DNA from: a virus
Taxonomy: Duplodnaviria; Caudoviricetes
Reading direction: 5' to 3' (one strand)
IMG/VR virus record: IMGVR_UViG_3300030330_000562
Location: 1 to 64,000 of that record
Length of the DNA stretch: 64,000 nt
Made by a program: the position numbers and the translations under genes. The notes beneath the pieces were generated by a model, which was not told the origin of the DNA, did not search any database, and saw nothing but the letters and a program-made list of their open reading frames with translations. This document shows positions 53,822 to 64,000 of this stretch, in pieces (position 1 is the stretch's first letter; the number at the start of each line of letters is the position of its first letter).

Positions 53822-55241
53822 AGAAATAGACTTTGAAAAAGCTAGAGAGATAATATTTGAACCTAATGTTGGACCTCAAACTGACTTTTTGGCAGCAACA
53901 GAACAAGAAGTTTTATATGGAGGAGCAGCAGGTGGTGGCAAATCTTATGCGATGGTTGCAGACCCAGTGCGTTATTTGGGGAATCCAAATGCACGAATGC
54001 TACTTGTTCGTAGGAGCACAGAAGAGCTTAGAGAACTTATATCAGTAAGTAAACAACTTTATCCTAAAGCTATTCCTGGGATAAAGTTTATGGAAAGAGA
54101 TAAAACTTGGGTAGCTCCATCAGGTGCTACATTGTGGATGTCCTACCTCGACAGAGAGGATGATGTCATGAGATACCAAGGTCAAGCCTTTAACTGGATT
54201 GGCTTTGACGAACTTACACAATGGCCTTCACCTTATGCATGGAACTATATGAGATCACGTCTCCGTACAACAAGGGCTTCAGGTTTGCCACTGTATATGA
54301 GAGCGACTAGCAACCCTGGAGGTCCAGGACATCAGTGGGTAAAAAGAACGTTTATTGACCCTCAAGTTCCTAATAACTCGTTCTATGCTACTGATGAAAA
54401 TGGAGAGGTGATATCGTGGCCGAAAGGTCATAGTCGAGAGGGTGAGCCTCTGTTCAAACGAAAGTTCATCCCTGCCACCCTCTTCGACAATCCGTATCTG
54501 GCAGATGATGGTTTATACGAAGCTAATCTTCTTTCGTTACCTGAACATCAACGTAGACAACTACTCGAAGGTGATTGGGATATAAATGAAGGCGCAGCTT
54601 TTCCTGAGTTTAACAGAAACATACACGTAGTAGAACCTTACGAAATACCCTCTAATTGGATACACTTTAGAGCTTGTGATTATGGTTATGGTTCATACAC
54701 TGGTGTTCTTTGGTTTACTATAGTTCCTGGATCTGAACAGCTAGTAGTATATAGAGAGTTATATGTATCAAAAGTTACAGCTACTGATTTAGCCGATATG
54801 ATACTAGAAATAGAGGGTGAAGAGGGAGAAAAAATACGTTACGGAGTTCTTGACTCATCTCTCTGGCATAAACGTGGTGATACTGGTCCAAGTTTAGCAG
54901 AACAAATGATTCTAAAAGGTTGTAGATGGAGACCTTCAGATAGATCAAAAGGCTCTCGTGTAGCAGGTAAAAACGAGTTACACAGACGATTGCAGGTAGA
55001 TGAATTTACAGAAGAACCCAGACTTGTGTTTTTTTCTAATTGCACTAACCTTATATCTCAGTTACCCTCTATTCCGTTAGATAAAAAGAATCCAGAGGAT
55101 GTAGATACACACGCAGAAGACCACTTATATGACGCATTGAGATACGGTATAATGACTAGACCACGAAGTAATATTTTTGATTTTGACCCTGCTGCACAAC
55201 GTACAGGTTTTCAAGCATCAGATCCCACATTTGGATACTAA
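53679..55241 (+). CDS. terL: Terminase large subunit (exact start uncertain)
   Basis: Walker A YGGAAGGGKS, IGFDELTQ, RATSNPGG, FIPATLFDNPYL, nuclease DYGY and DHLYDALRY. Confidence 0.95.
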   Translation: MSNNVRTKLQLNATLPKGTKKRYKKRKSSKPKDLVTEKKLAPAQPKPEEIDFEKAREIIFEPNVGPQTDFLAATEQEVLYGGAAGGGKSYAMVADPVRYLGNPNARMLLVRRSTEELRELISVSKQLYPKAIPGIKFMERDKTWVAPSGATLWMSYLDREDDVMRYQGQAFNWIGFDELTQWPSPYAWNYMRSRLRTTRASGLPLYMRATSNPGGPGHQWVKRTFIDPQVPNNSFYATDENGEVISWPKGHSREGEPLFKRKFIPATLFDNPYLADDGLYEANLLSLPEHQRRQLLEGDWDINEGAAFPEFNRNIHVVEPYEIPSNWIHFRACDYGYGSYTGVLWFTIVPGSEQLVVYRELYVSKVTATDLADMILEIEGEEGEKIRYGVLDSSLWHKRGDTGPSLAEQMILKGCRWRPSDRSKGSRVAGKNELHRRLQVDEFTEEPRLVFFSNCTNLISQLPSIPLDKKNPEDVDTHAEDHLYDALRYGIMTRPRSNIFDFDPAAQRTGFQASDPTFGY

Positions 55242-55250
55242 GGAAATAAA

Positions 55251-57347
55251 ATGGCAGAAGAAAATTTTGAAGAAATGATTATGGACATGGAACAAACAGT
55301 GTCTATAGAAGACGTTGTAGAAGAAGATTATTCAGATCCACTTACAGGTCATATTGTACAGTTTGTTAAAGATAGGTATAGTAAAGCTGATACAGCTAGA
55401 CAAATGGATGAAGAACGTTGGATTCAAGCTTATAGAAACTATCGTGGATTATATGGACCTGATGTACAATTTACATCTACAGAAAAATCTCGTATCTTTG
55501 TAAAAGTAACTAAAACAAAAGTTCTTGCAGCTTATGGTCAAATAGCAGAAGTACTATTTGGTGGTAATAGGTTTCCAATCAGTGTTGACCCAACAATTTT
55601 ACCAGAAAACGTAGAAGATACTGTTAGTTTTGAAACTAACCCTGAATTAAAGAAAGCAATTGATTCAAATATGGGTGAGTTACTTCCAGGAGAAACTATG
55701 CCAGAATTTAAAGAGCGTCTGGGTGCTTTGTCTGGTACATTAGAGCCTATTATTGATGATGTAAAACCTGGTGCAGGTAAAACTCCAACTGCAGCTCAAC
55801 TGCATCCTGCTGAAGTTGCAGCTAAGAAAATGGAAAAGAAGATACATGATCAATTAGAAGAATCTCATGCAAAAAAACATTTACGTGCTGCTGCTTTTGA
55901 GTCAGCACTTTTTGGTACAGGGGTTATGAAAGGCCCATTTGCTATAGATAAAGAATATCCAAATTGGGATGAAGAAGGTAATTACTCTCCTACATTTAAA
56001 ACAATTCCTCAAACTTCATCTGTGTCTATTTGGAATTTTTACCCAGATCCAGATGCTGCTACTATGGAAGAGGCAGAGTATGTTGTAGAAAGACACAAGA
56101 TGTCACGTTCTCAAGTACGTGGTTTAAAAAATCGTCCATACTTTAGAGAAAATGCAGTAGATAATGCCCTAAAACTTGGTGAAAGTTATCGTAAACAGTG
56201 GTGGGAACACATCATGGAAGATAACTCAGAAGAAGATAGAGCTGATCGTTTTGAAGTTCTAGAGTTTTGGGGTTTTGTAGATAAAGAGATGATAAAAGAT
56301 CAGGGAGTAGATATCCCTAAAGATTTAGAAGATGCAGATCAACTAAGTGTAAATATCTGGATTTGTAATGGACAAGTATTAAGACTTGTAATGAATCCAT
56401 TTACTCCAGCTTATATACCTTATTTTGTAGCTCCTTATGAGATGAATCCATATAGTATTTTTGGTATTGGTATTGCCGAAAATATGGACGATACTCAAAC
56501 ACTTATGAATGGCTTTATGCGAATGGCGGTAGATAACGCAGCATTGTCTGGTAATCTACTAATTGAGGTAGACGAGACTAATCTCGTCCCAGGGCAAGAC
56601 CTCTCCGTGTATCCAGGAAAAGTGTTTAGGAGACAGGGAGGGGCACCTGGTCAAGCTATCTTTGGAACTAAGTTCCCCAACGTATCTAACGAGAACATGC
56701 AGATGTTCGATAAAGCAAGGGTATTAGCTGATGAATCAACTGGTTTTCCATCTTTCGCACATGGTCAGACAGGCGTTAGTGGAGTGGGTCGTACTGCTTC
56801 TGGTATTTCTATGCTTATGTCTGCTGCCAACGGCAGTATACGCAATGTAGTTAAAAACATAGATGACTATCTACTAGCACCACTAGGTAAAGCCTTTTTT
56901 GGTTTTAATATGCAGTTTGACTTTGATAAAGAAATTAAAGGTGACTTGGAGATAAAAGCTCGTGGTACAGAAAGTCTTATGGCTAATGAAGTGCGTAGCC
57001 AACGCCTTATGCAATTTATGCAAGTGGTATCAAACCCTGCACTCGCTCCATTCGCACGTATGGACTATATTGTACGTGAAATTGCTAAGTCAATGGATCT
57101 TGATCCAGATAAAGTTGGAAACAATATGGCGGAAGCTGCGATTCAAGCTGAGATTTTAAAAGAGTTTAGAGAAACTAATCCACCTCCTGCACCACCTCCA
57201 GGAGTAAATGCTCCTCAGAACGCACCTGCTGGCGCACAAGTGCAGGATACTCAAGGTAGTGGGGGTGGTACTATAGGAACTGGAACAGCCCCTCAGCCAG
57301 GAGAACAGGGCTTCTCAGGTAATACTGGTCAACAACAGATACAATGA
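55251..57347 (+). CDS. Portal protein
   Basis: 698 aa after TerL; YRNYRG, KTKVLAAYGQ, GTGVMKGP, WNFYPDP, GIGIAENM. Confidence 0.9.
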   Translation: MAEENFEEMIMDMEQTVSIEDVVEEDYSDPLTGHIVQFVKDRYSKADTARQMDEERWIQAYRNYRGLYGPDVQFTSTEKSRIFVKVTKTKVLAAYGQIAEVLFGGNRFPISVDPTILPENVEDTVSFETNPELKKAIDSNMGELLPGETMPEFKERLGALSGTLEPIIDDVKPGAGKTPTAAQLHPAEVAAKKMEKKIHDQLEESHAKKHLRAAAFESALFGTGVMKGPFAIDKEYPNWDEEGNYSPTFKTIPQTSSVSIWNFYPDPDAATMEEAEYVVERHKMSRSQVRGLKNRPYFRENAVDNALKLGESYRKQWWEHIMEDNSEEDRADRFEVLEFWGFVDKEMIKDQGVDIPKDLEDADQLSVNIWICNGQVLRLVMNPFTPAYIPYFVAPYEMNPYSIFGIGIAENMDDTQTLMNGFMRMAVDNAALSGNLLIEVDETNLVPGQDLSVYPGKVFRRQGGAPGQAIFGTKFPNVSNENMQMFDKARVLADESTGFPSFAHGQTGVSGVGRTASGISMLMSAANGSIRNVVKNIDDYLLAPLGKAFFGFNMQFDFDKEIKGDLEIKARGTESLMANEVRSQRLMQFMQVVSNPALAPFARMDYIVREIAKSMDLDPDKVGNNMAEAAIQAEILKEFRETNPPPAPPPGVNAPQNAPAGAQVQDTQGSGGGTIGTGTAPQPGEQGFSGNTGQQQIQ

Positions 57348-57550
57348 AACTAGTCGTGAACAATACTTTAAAACCTTTCGTAAATAATCCAGAGTTGTAT
57401 AATCCATTTCTGGAAGAGATAGTTATTAGAATAGATAAAGTTCATAAACGTCTTGAGCAGCTTAACGATATAGAAGAAGTATATCGTGCTCAAGGTGAGA
57501 TACGTATGCTCAGATCAATGTTAAGACTTAGGGATGATATTAATGGCTAA
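57344..57550 (+). CDS. Small conserved protein downstream of portal, allele B
   Basis: Homolog of 67-273. Confidence 0.85.
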   Translation: MKLVVNNTLKPFVNNPELYNPFLEEIVIRIDKVHKRLEQLNDIEEVYRAQGEIRMLRSMLRLRDDING

Positions 57551-60500
57551 TACAGCAGAACAGATGCATGAAATAGAGCATTTTAATCAAAATACAGATT
57601 CACCTAAAAACATTCAAGAACAGATGGGAGTACTTGGTTATACTCCAGAAACAACAGATAAAAATTCATCTCGTATTCTGCCTCCCAATATTAGCTACCC
57701 TGCTCCTTTTCTTTCAAAAGATTCATCTAACATTAAAGGTTTAACTTACGGAGAACTTATTGTTGATAATATACTATTTTTAGATAATAATTATGAAAGT
57801 AGTATAGAAGGTATTTATAATAAATTTAGTGAAGATAAAAAAGGTTTTTTAAAAGCACTGGGTCAAAGTATTTATGACTCAGCCAAAAAATTTATGTATG
57901 AACCCTCAAAAATACCAGGAACTGATACATATATTCCTGCAGAATTATCAAGAGGACAAAAAGTTGGAGAGTTTGTTTTTGATTCTTTAAAAGATATAAA
58001 AGATGCAGTTGTAAGACTTTCTTCAGAAGATCTTGATGCTAGATTACAAAATATGTTTAATGTTAATTCTAAAGATGCAACTAACGAACAAGTATCTCAA
58101 GCTAGAGAGTCTGTTATCGTGGATACACTTGCTGCACTTGAACTTATACCTGCACTTGGGCCTACTGCAAAAGTTACAAAAGAAACAATATCTGGTGCTG
58201 TAAAGCTTGCAGATAGAGTTACAGTAAATCCAAGTGCATTAGGCACTATTGGGGGAAATTTTGCGTTAAGAACTCCTGGAGAAACTGGTAATTTTAAAAG
58301 AGCTATAGATTTTTTTAAGAAAAAAGGTGGTACTGATCCTAATAATTTTAAAGATATAAATAGAAAAATGTACAATAAATTTGGTTGGTACATTAATCCT
58401 TCTGATGGACAATGGCGTTATCAAATATCAGATAAGAATTCTAAATTAGACCTTAAAAATTTTAAAGTACAAATTAGAAATTTAGGTCTCAATGAAACTA
58501 AAACTTTAAAACTATCTGATATTTTAACACATGATCAATTATTTAAAAGATACCCTCATCTAAAAAATATTAATGTTCAATTTGAAAATAGATTTAAAAA
58601 CCCAATTACTGATGGCTTACCATCTTTAGGATCTTTTTCTGGGGGTGATAATCTAATAAAAATAAATGTAAATAAAGATAGAGGAGTTGACGTATCTAAT
58701 CTAGGAAATAGTGCAAGTTTTAAAGCTACTTTATTTCATGAAATACAACATGCAATACAAGAGTATGAAGGTTTTATTCCAGGCACAAGTACTATAAATA
58801 TACCTATTGAAGTAACAAAAAAACATTCAACTATGTTAGCTAATAATCTTGATTTTAATAGAAATCAAAGAAAAAAAATAATTGAAGAAATTGAGGGTTC
58901 TGCTTTAGAACACAAAATTAATACTGATACTTTATTAGCACATTTTTTACAAGATAGGTATCTTAAAACAGGGGTAGTGTTATTTACAAGTGAAGACGAA
59001 GTAATAAAAAAGTTTGCTGATGCTGTAGAAAAAGTAGGTTTACCTCCTAATATATTTGATGTTCCACCAGGATCTAGTAAAGCGTTTTTAGATTTAAGTG
59101 ATGATTTAAATAGATTAAGAAATAGTTTTTTAGATGATGTAAAAACAAAAAAAGCAATAGGGTATATTGAAGATTTACTTTATAGAGGATCAGGTGGAGA
59201 GCTAGAAAGCACTGGAGTAGAGGTAGAACTTGATAGTGCTCAAAATAAATTACGTTATCCTTTAGATGTAGAACAAGATATAATTAAGGCAAGAAAACTT
59301 GAAGATTTTGCAGGTAGTTTAGATGAAACAGCACAACAAGCTCTAATTCCAGAAGATCCTGGCTATTATAGAAGACAAACTTATAGAAAAGCTAATCCAG
59401 GCGTAGTTGATGTAAAAGTTGATATTGATTTGACTAAATATAAATATCATAAACTAGATCAAATTCCACCTGCAAAAGATTTAAATGATCCAGAATATTT
59501 AGCTTATCAAAAATTATCAAAAGAAAGTAGTGCTGTAAAACGTAGAGATGCACGTACTAAATTTCTTTTAGATAATATTATTAAAGATAACTCTCAGTTA
59601 AAAAAAGTAAAAAACCTTAAAAATGGAGATACTTTTTCTTATACACTTCCAAATGGAAAAACTGTAAAAGTAAAATTTGATAAGGTAAAAACACAAAAAA
59701 TTAAACGTAGTGATTTAAGTGAAACAGATGATACACTTATTATTAAAGATACTAGACCTAATAAATATAAAGAGGAAATGAGTGATTTTATCATACCATA
59801 TGCACGTCTTGAAATTATTGATAGTGATGCACCAGACTTAGAAATTACAATACCTAATCTTATAAAAAATAGTGATCTAGTTAAAGACGGTAAAAATTTT
59901 AACCTATTAGATTTAGGGGATACTAGACCCGAAGAAGGTGCTTTTAGTAAAATAAAAAGTTTATTTGGATTTGCCGAAGGAGGCGACACAGTGAAACCAG
60001 AACCAAAACCAGAAACCAGACCTTTTCCTGATGTTAAACCACAGGCAAAACCTGACTCGGATGAATACAGAGGTCGTACTTATGATATATACTCTGTAGA
60101 AATTGATGGAATAGAAACAAATGTTATTGAGTTTAAAGACGGTAAAAAAATATCTGCACCTCAAATACGGCAAATGTTTGAAGAATATAAAAGTGCTTCA
60201 GAATCAATTCCAGGAAAACAAACTTCACAAGAAATATCAAAATTTCTTGAGGATAATAATCCTACGTATGATGAGTTTATCAGACACTTTACTGCTAAAA
60301 GAATAAATAAAGGTGGACTGATAGGAGATCAAATGGAAATGGCTTTTATGAACGAAGGTGGCCTAACAGATGACGGTATGGATGTAGATCCAGTATCAGG
60401 TAATGATATACCTTCAGGTTCTATGGCAGAAGAGGTACGAGATGATATACCTGCACAGTTGTCCGATGGTGAATATGTAGTTCCTGCTGATGTCGTAAGA

Positions 60501-61847
60501 TACTACGGTGTCAAGTTCTTTGAAGATCTTAGAGATCAAGCTAAAATGGGTTTAGCTCAAATGGAGGCCGATGGTCGTATAGGTGGTGAGCCTGTACCTG
60601 CAGGTGGTCCAATAAATACTGAAGAGCTATCTCCAGAAGAGATGCAAGCTATACAAGAAATGATGGGTATGTCTGAGGGTGGTTCTGTAAATGCTTTGAA
60701 AACACAACAAGAGCTTCTTGAACAACCAGCTAATAAAGCTGTAGGTAATCCACAAATGATGTATGGTGGTGGTCAAGTTAGAGGCTATCAAAACTCAAGT
60801 CTTGTTGCACAAGCAGAGTCTAATTTATTAGGTGGACAATCTCTATCTCAGGTTGAACAACAGATGCTATCTGCAGCAGGAAATAAACCTTATACAGGGC
60901 AACCTTTAGGTTTTTCCCTTTTTGGAGGTTCTAACACTGGTGTAAAACAAGATCAATCTCAAACTTCTGCTTTTACTCCTATATTTTTATATAATAAAGC
61001 TGGTCAAAATAAATATGTAAGTAGTGAAAAAGAAAAAGCAAAGGCAATAGCTGATGGTTATACTATGACACTAGAGCAGTACAATATTTATAGATCACAA
61101 TCTGGTGGTTCTGGTGGTAGTGGTGGTAGTAGTTCTACAGTAACAACAGGTGATGAAGATAAAGAAATAAAATCTTGGGGTCAAGCTGTAAATTGGAATA
61201 ATGTAGATGATATTAAACAATTTGTAGCTCAGGCTGAAAGAGGTAATCTATCTGGTTCTGGTAGATTTTTAAGAGGTGCAGGTTTTGCAATTGCTGGATT
61301 ACCAGGTGCAATGTTAGCAGGAGCATTTCAAATTGGTAAGGGTTTAAATAGTATATACGATATGGAAGCTGCAAAAATTATTGCAGAGGCAAAAGGACAT
61401 ACCGAGTTAGCTACTGAAATACAAGAGGGTATAGATACTTACTTAAAAACTGCAGGTGATATTGCAAACTTTTTATATAAACCTGAAAGTAAAGCTGTTA
61501 TGAGAAGAGTTGATGGGGTGTTTGCAGGAACTGGTTATGAAGATGTTAACTCATGGGCAGCAGGTACTAGAAGAACAATAGTTTCAGATTATAAAAAAGG
61601 CAAAGAATTTGATAGTAAAAAATCTAAACAAGCAGGAGATAAAAGAAAAAGAAAAGCTATGAAAGCTTTTAATAAATTACAGAAAAATAAAGATAGTTAT
61701 ATAGCAAGCTCATCTACTCCAGGTGAAACAGCAGATAATATATCTCAATTAGAAAAATCACTTTCAGCATCAGCACAAAATCCTTCTGGTACAATAAGTT
61801 TAAACAAAGGTGGATTGATGCAAAAAAAGAAAAAGGCAAAGAAATAA
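57543..61847 (+). CDS. Large modular (polyvalent-type) protein, allele B, with zincin-like metallopeptidase (HEIQH) region (track start 57534)
   Basis: GWY...DGQWRYQISD, LSDIL.H..LF..YP.L, LFHEIQHAIQEYEGF; shares the SEGEYVVPADVV-type core with allele A. Confidence 0.85.
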   Translation: MANTAEQMHEIEHFNQNTDSPKNIQEQMGVLGYTPETTDKNSSRILPPNISYPAPFLSKDSSNIKGLTYGELIVDNILFLDNNYESSIEGIYNKFSEDKKGFLKALGQSIYDSAKKFMYEPSKIPGTDTYIPAELSRGQKVGEFVFDSLKDIKDAVVRLSSEDLDARLQNMFNVNSKDATNEQVSQARESVIVDTLAALELIPALGPTAKVTKETISGAVKLADRVTVNPSALGTIGGNFALRTPGETGNFKRAIDFFKKKGGTDPNNFKDINRKMYNKFGWYINPSDGQWRYQISDKNSKLDLKNFKVQIRNLGLNETKTLKLSDILTHDQLFKRYPHLKNINVQFENRFKNPITDGLPSLGSFSGGDNLIKINVNKDRGVDVSNLGNSASFKATLFHEIQHAIQEYEGFIPGTSTINIPIEVTKKHSTMLANNLDFNRNQRKKIIEEIEGSALEHKINTDTLLAHFLQDRYLKTGVVLFTSEDEVIKKFADAVEKVGLPPNIFDVPPGSSKAFLDLSDDLNRLRNSFLDDVKTKKAIGYIEDLLYRGSGGELESTGVEVELDSAQNKLRYPLDVEQDIIKARKLEDFAGSLDETAQQALIPEDPGYYRRQTYRKANPGVVDVKVDIDLTKYKYHKLDQIPPAKDLNDPEYLAYQKLSKESSAVKRRDARTKFLLDNIIKDNSQLKKVKNLKNGDTFSYTLPNGKTVKVKFDKVKTQKIKRSDLSETDDTLIIKDTRPNKYKEEMSDFIIPYARLEIIDSDAPDLEITIPNLIKNSDLVKDGKNFNLLDLGDTRPEEGAFSKIKSLFGFAEGGDTVKPEPKPETRPFPDVKPQAKPDSDEYRGRTYDIYSVEIDGIETNVIEFKDGKKISAPQIRQMFEEYKSASESIPGKQTSQEISKFLEDNNPTYDEFIRHFTAKRINKGGLIGDQMEMAFMNEGGLTDDGMDVDPVSGNDIPSGSMAEEVRDDIPAQLSDGEYVVPADVVRYYGVKFFEDLRDQAKMGLAQMEADGRIGGEPVPAGGPINTEELSPEEMQAIQEMMGMSEGGSVNALKTQQELLEQPANKAVGNPQMMYGGGQVRGYQNSSLVAQAESNLLGGQSLSQVEQQMLSAAGNKPYTGQPLGFSLFGGSNTGVKQDQSQTSAFTPIFLYNKAGQNKYVSSEKEKAKAIADGYTMTLEQYNIYRSQSGGSGGSGGSSSTVTTGDEDKEIKSWGQAVNWNNVDDIKQFVAQAERGNLSGSGRFLRGAGFAIAGLPGAMLAGAFQIGKGLNSIYDMEAAKIIAEAKGHTELATEIQEGIDTYLKTAGDIANFLYKPESKAVMRRVDGVFAGTGYEDVNSWAAGTRRTIVSDYKKGKEFDSKKSKQAGDKRKRKAMKAFNKLQKNKDSYIASSSTPGETADNISQLEKSLSASAQNPSGTISLNKGGLMQKKKKAKK

Positions 61848-61894
61848 TAAGGCTACTCAGCTTCGGCTGACCCCAACATAAAAAGGAGAAAAAT

Positions 61895-62794
61895 ATGCCT
61901 GAATTAGCAGAAGTAGAAACACCAAAAACAGCAGGGTTTGTTGATAGAGGTTACAACTACGAAAAGAAGCGTAAGCAAATGGAAACGGAAGAAGAGGAGA
62001 TTCGTAAACTTGAAGCTGAACAACGTGGAGAAACAGACGAAGAACAGCAACCAGAAAAAGAAACTTCCAAAAAGAAAGAGACCGATACAGAAGCTAAAGA
62101 AGAAACGCTATCTGCTGAAGAAAAATCGTTTAAAAAGCGTTATGGCGATCTAAGACGCCATATGCAAGAAAAAGAAAAGGAATGGGAAGATAAGTTTAAA
62201 GCCTTTGAGAAACGATTAGAAAAAGAATCTATTGTACCACCTAAGTCTGATGAAGATATAGAAGAGTGGTCTAAAGAATATCCAGACGTAGCAGGTATAG
62301 TAGAAACTATTGCTGCTAAAAAAGCTCAAGAGATGTTTAATAAAGCTGAAGCTCGTATGCAAGAGTTTGATAAAATTCAAACAGAAGCTGAAAGAACTAA
62401 GGCTGAAAGTATCATACGTAAATCACACGAAGACTTTGATGATCTACGTGCATCTGATGAATTTCATAACTGGGTTGAAGAACAACCTAAATGGGTACAA
62501 GATGCACTGTACGAAAACTCAGATGATCCAGCCTCTGTAGTTCGTGTTATAGATCTATATAAAGTAGATAAAGGTCTAACTAAGAGTGCAAAGAAAGCAA
62601 AAGCTAAAGATGCAGCCTCTACAGTCACAAAACGTAGTAAAACACAAGTAGATGTAGAAGATGCAAATGACGTAATTCGTGAGTCAGAAGTTGCTAAAAT
62701 GTCCGATAAGGAATTTGAAGAAAAGTCTGACGATATTAACAAAGCTATCCGTTCGGGTAAATTTGTTTACGATGTATCTGGCAAAGCTAGATAA
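61895..62794 (+). CDS. Capsid scaffolding protein, allele B
   Basis: Homolog of 3964-4869. Confidence 0.8.
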   Translation: MPELAEVETPKTAGFVDRGYNYEKKRKQMETEEEEIRKLEAEQRGETDEEQQPEKETSKKKETDTEAKEETLSAEEKSFKKRYGDLRRHMQEKEKEWEDKFKAFEKRLEKESIVPPKSDEDIEEWSKEYPDVAGIVETIAAKKAQEMFNKAEARMQEFDKIQTEAERTKAESIIRKSHEDFDDLRASDEFHNWVEEQPKWVQDALYENSDDPASVVRVIDLYKVDKGLTKSAKKAKAKDAASTVTKRSKTQVDVEDANDVIRESEVAKMSDKEFEEKSDDINKAIRSGKFVYDVSGKAR

Positions 62795-62830
62795 AACTGT
62801 TGACAAATTAATTTTCAGCAGTATAACTAT

Positions 62831-63034
62831 GGGTATGTTGACAAAAGCCTCTTTTTGACTACCTTTTGTCGCACCCAAATTCATAAAAAGTCTAAACTAA
62901 GAAGAACTACCTGGACAAGTATAGGCCCAGTGGTATTTGCTAGCGCAAGTAAGTATTAACTGCACCCTAGAAAACGTACAGCCCCTTTTAGATGTTTAAG
63001 CTTAATTCAAGCCAAATATCAGGAGGATTTTATC
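62831..63034 (+). ncRNA. Structured capsid-gene leader, allele B (putative)
   Basis: Homolog of 4904-5107; promoter TTGACA/TATAAC at 62800-62827. Confidence 0.6.
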
Positions 63035-64000
63035 ATGGCTTTTACAACCGCAGGAGGATACGGTAACTTACCTAACGGTAATTTTTCCAGTGTCATATAC
63101 TCCAAAAAAGTACAGCTTGCATTTCGCAAGAGTACAGTAGTCGGTGATATCACTAATTCAGATTATTTTGGGGAGATTGCTGCCCAAGGTGATACAGTGA
63201 AAATCATCAAAGAACCTGAAATCTCAGTAAGCGCATACGCTCGTGGGACTCAGGTAAATGCACAAGATCTAGACGATGAGGATTTCTCTCTAGTCGTTGA
63301 CAAAGCAAACTACTATGCTTTTAAAATTGACGACATTGAAGAAGCTCACTCACACGTCAACTTCATGGATCTTGCTACCAACCGTGCAGCATATCGTTTA
63401 GCTGATCAGCATGACCAAGAAGTACTTGGTTATCTATCAGGTTTTAAACAGTCTGCATTACATACCGATGCTGATACAGTCAATGACCAAGTAAATGGTA
63501 CAAAAGCTGTAGCAAGCGCAGGTTCAGACGAACTGCTTTCTTCAATGAAACTGAAGAAAGGTGACTTCGGTAACATCACAACAACTTCTGCAGGAGATCA
63601 CTCAATTCCTGTAGCAGCACGTCTACCAGGTGCAACTGCGTTGCCAACAGCAACTGTTTCCCCTGCGATGATTATAAATCGTATGAAACGTTTGTTGGAC
63701 CAACAACAAGTTGATTCACAAGGCAGATGGCTAGTTGTAGATCCAGTATTTATGGAAATCTTAGCAGATGAGGATTCTCGATTCTTAAATGCTGATTACG
63801 GTGAATCAGGTGCTCTACGCAACGGCCTAGTGCTAAACAACATGCATGGTTTTAGAATGTATGTTTCTTCAAACCTTCCTCACGTAGGTACAGGTTCAGG
63901 AACTTCAGGTTCTGCAAACCAGAATGCTAACTTTGGTGTGATTGTTGCAGGTCATGATTCTGCTGTTGCAACTGCAGAGCAGATCAGTAAGACTGAAACA
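63035..64000 (+). CDS. Major capsid protein, allele B (3'-truncated by window)
   Basis: Manual translation MAFTTAGGYGNLPNGNFSSVIYSKKVQLAFRK... open to the window end; homolog of 5108-6181. Confidence 0.92.
   Translation, partial: MAFTTAGGYGNLPNGNFSSVIYSKKVQLAFRKSTVVGDITNSDYFGEIAAQGDTVKIIKEPEISVSAYARGTQVNAQDLDDEDFSLVVDKANYYAFKIDDIEEAHSHVNFMDLATNRAAYRLADQHDQEVLGYLSGFKQSALHTDADTVNDQVNGTKAVASAGSDELLSSMKLKKGDFGNITTTSAGDHSIPVAARLPGATALPTATVSPAMIINRMKRLLDQQQVDSQGRWLVVDPVFMEILADEDSRFLNADYGESGALRNGLVLNNMHGFRMYVSSNLPHVGTGSGTSGSANQNANFGVIVAGHDSAVATAEQISKTET

Larger units (their letters stand above)
1..57277. mobile_element. Complete circularly permuted genome unit of a podovirus-like tailed phage (~57.3 kb)
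   Basis: Full set of terminase, portal, scaffold, capsid, tail, internal virion, lysis and T7-like replication genes; sequence at 57278 returns to the sequence at position 1; no bacterial housekeeping genes seen. Confidence 0.93.
57278..64000. mobile_element. Second, diverged copy of the portal end to major capsid block (related phage or strain variant)
   Basis: Same gene order as 1-6181 with many substitutions and non-homologous segments in the large gene. Confidence 0.9.

Noticed and set aside
57278-64000. Interpretation as a direct terminal repeat or simple circular overlap
   Set aside because: Identity lasts only 77 nt; the rest is a diverged allele with different domains

Overview
The whole window is bacteriophage DNA: an AT-rich, podovirus-like tailed phage. 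The host is probably a marine alphaproteobacterium (inferred from the DUF1127-like and DUF6127-like genes, class II RNR and ThyX). Positions 1-57277 hold one complete, circularly permuted gene set in two arms. The plus-strand late arm runs from 46.6 kb through the window end/start to 27.7 kb and carries lysis genes, small basic proteins, terminase, portal, a large modular protein, scaffold, major capsid, adaptor/nozzle, tail fibres and internal virion proteins. The minus-strand early/replication arm runs from 45.3 kb down to 27.8 kb and carries small early genes, an M28-like peptidase, tyrosine integrase, SleB-like hydrolase, ThyX, primase-helicase, PolA, SSB, exonuclease, resolvase, a MazG-like protein and class II RNR. 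The arms converge on a bidirectional terminator at ~27.76 kb and diverge from a 1.36-kb non-coding region at 45.3-46.6 kb. From 57278 the portal-to-capsid block appears again. Only its first 77 nt are identical to positions 1-77; the rest is a diverged allele, so the window is most likely an assembly path through two related phages. That gives a built-in comparison, which shows (i) a large post-portal protein whose modules are swapped at hydrophobic-x-x-Gly-Gly motifs also found in several small late proteins, and (ii) a highly conserved capsid-gene leader with compensatory base changes. All family assignments come from motif recognition by eye; no database searches were run.
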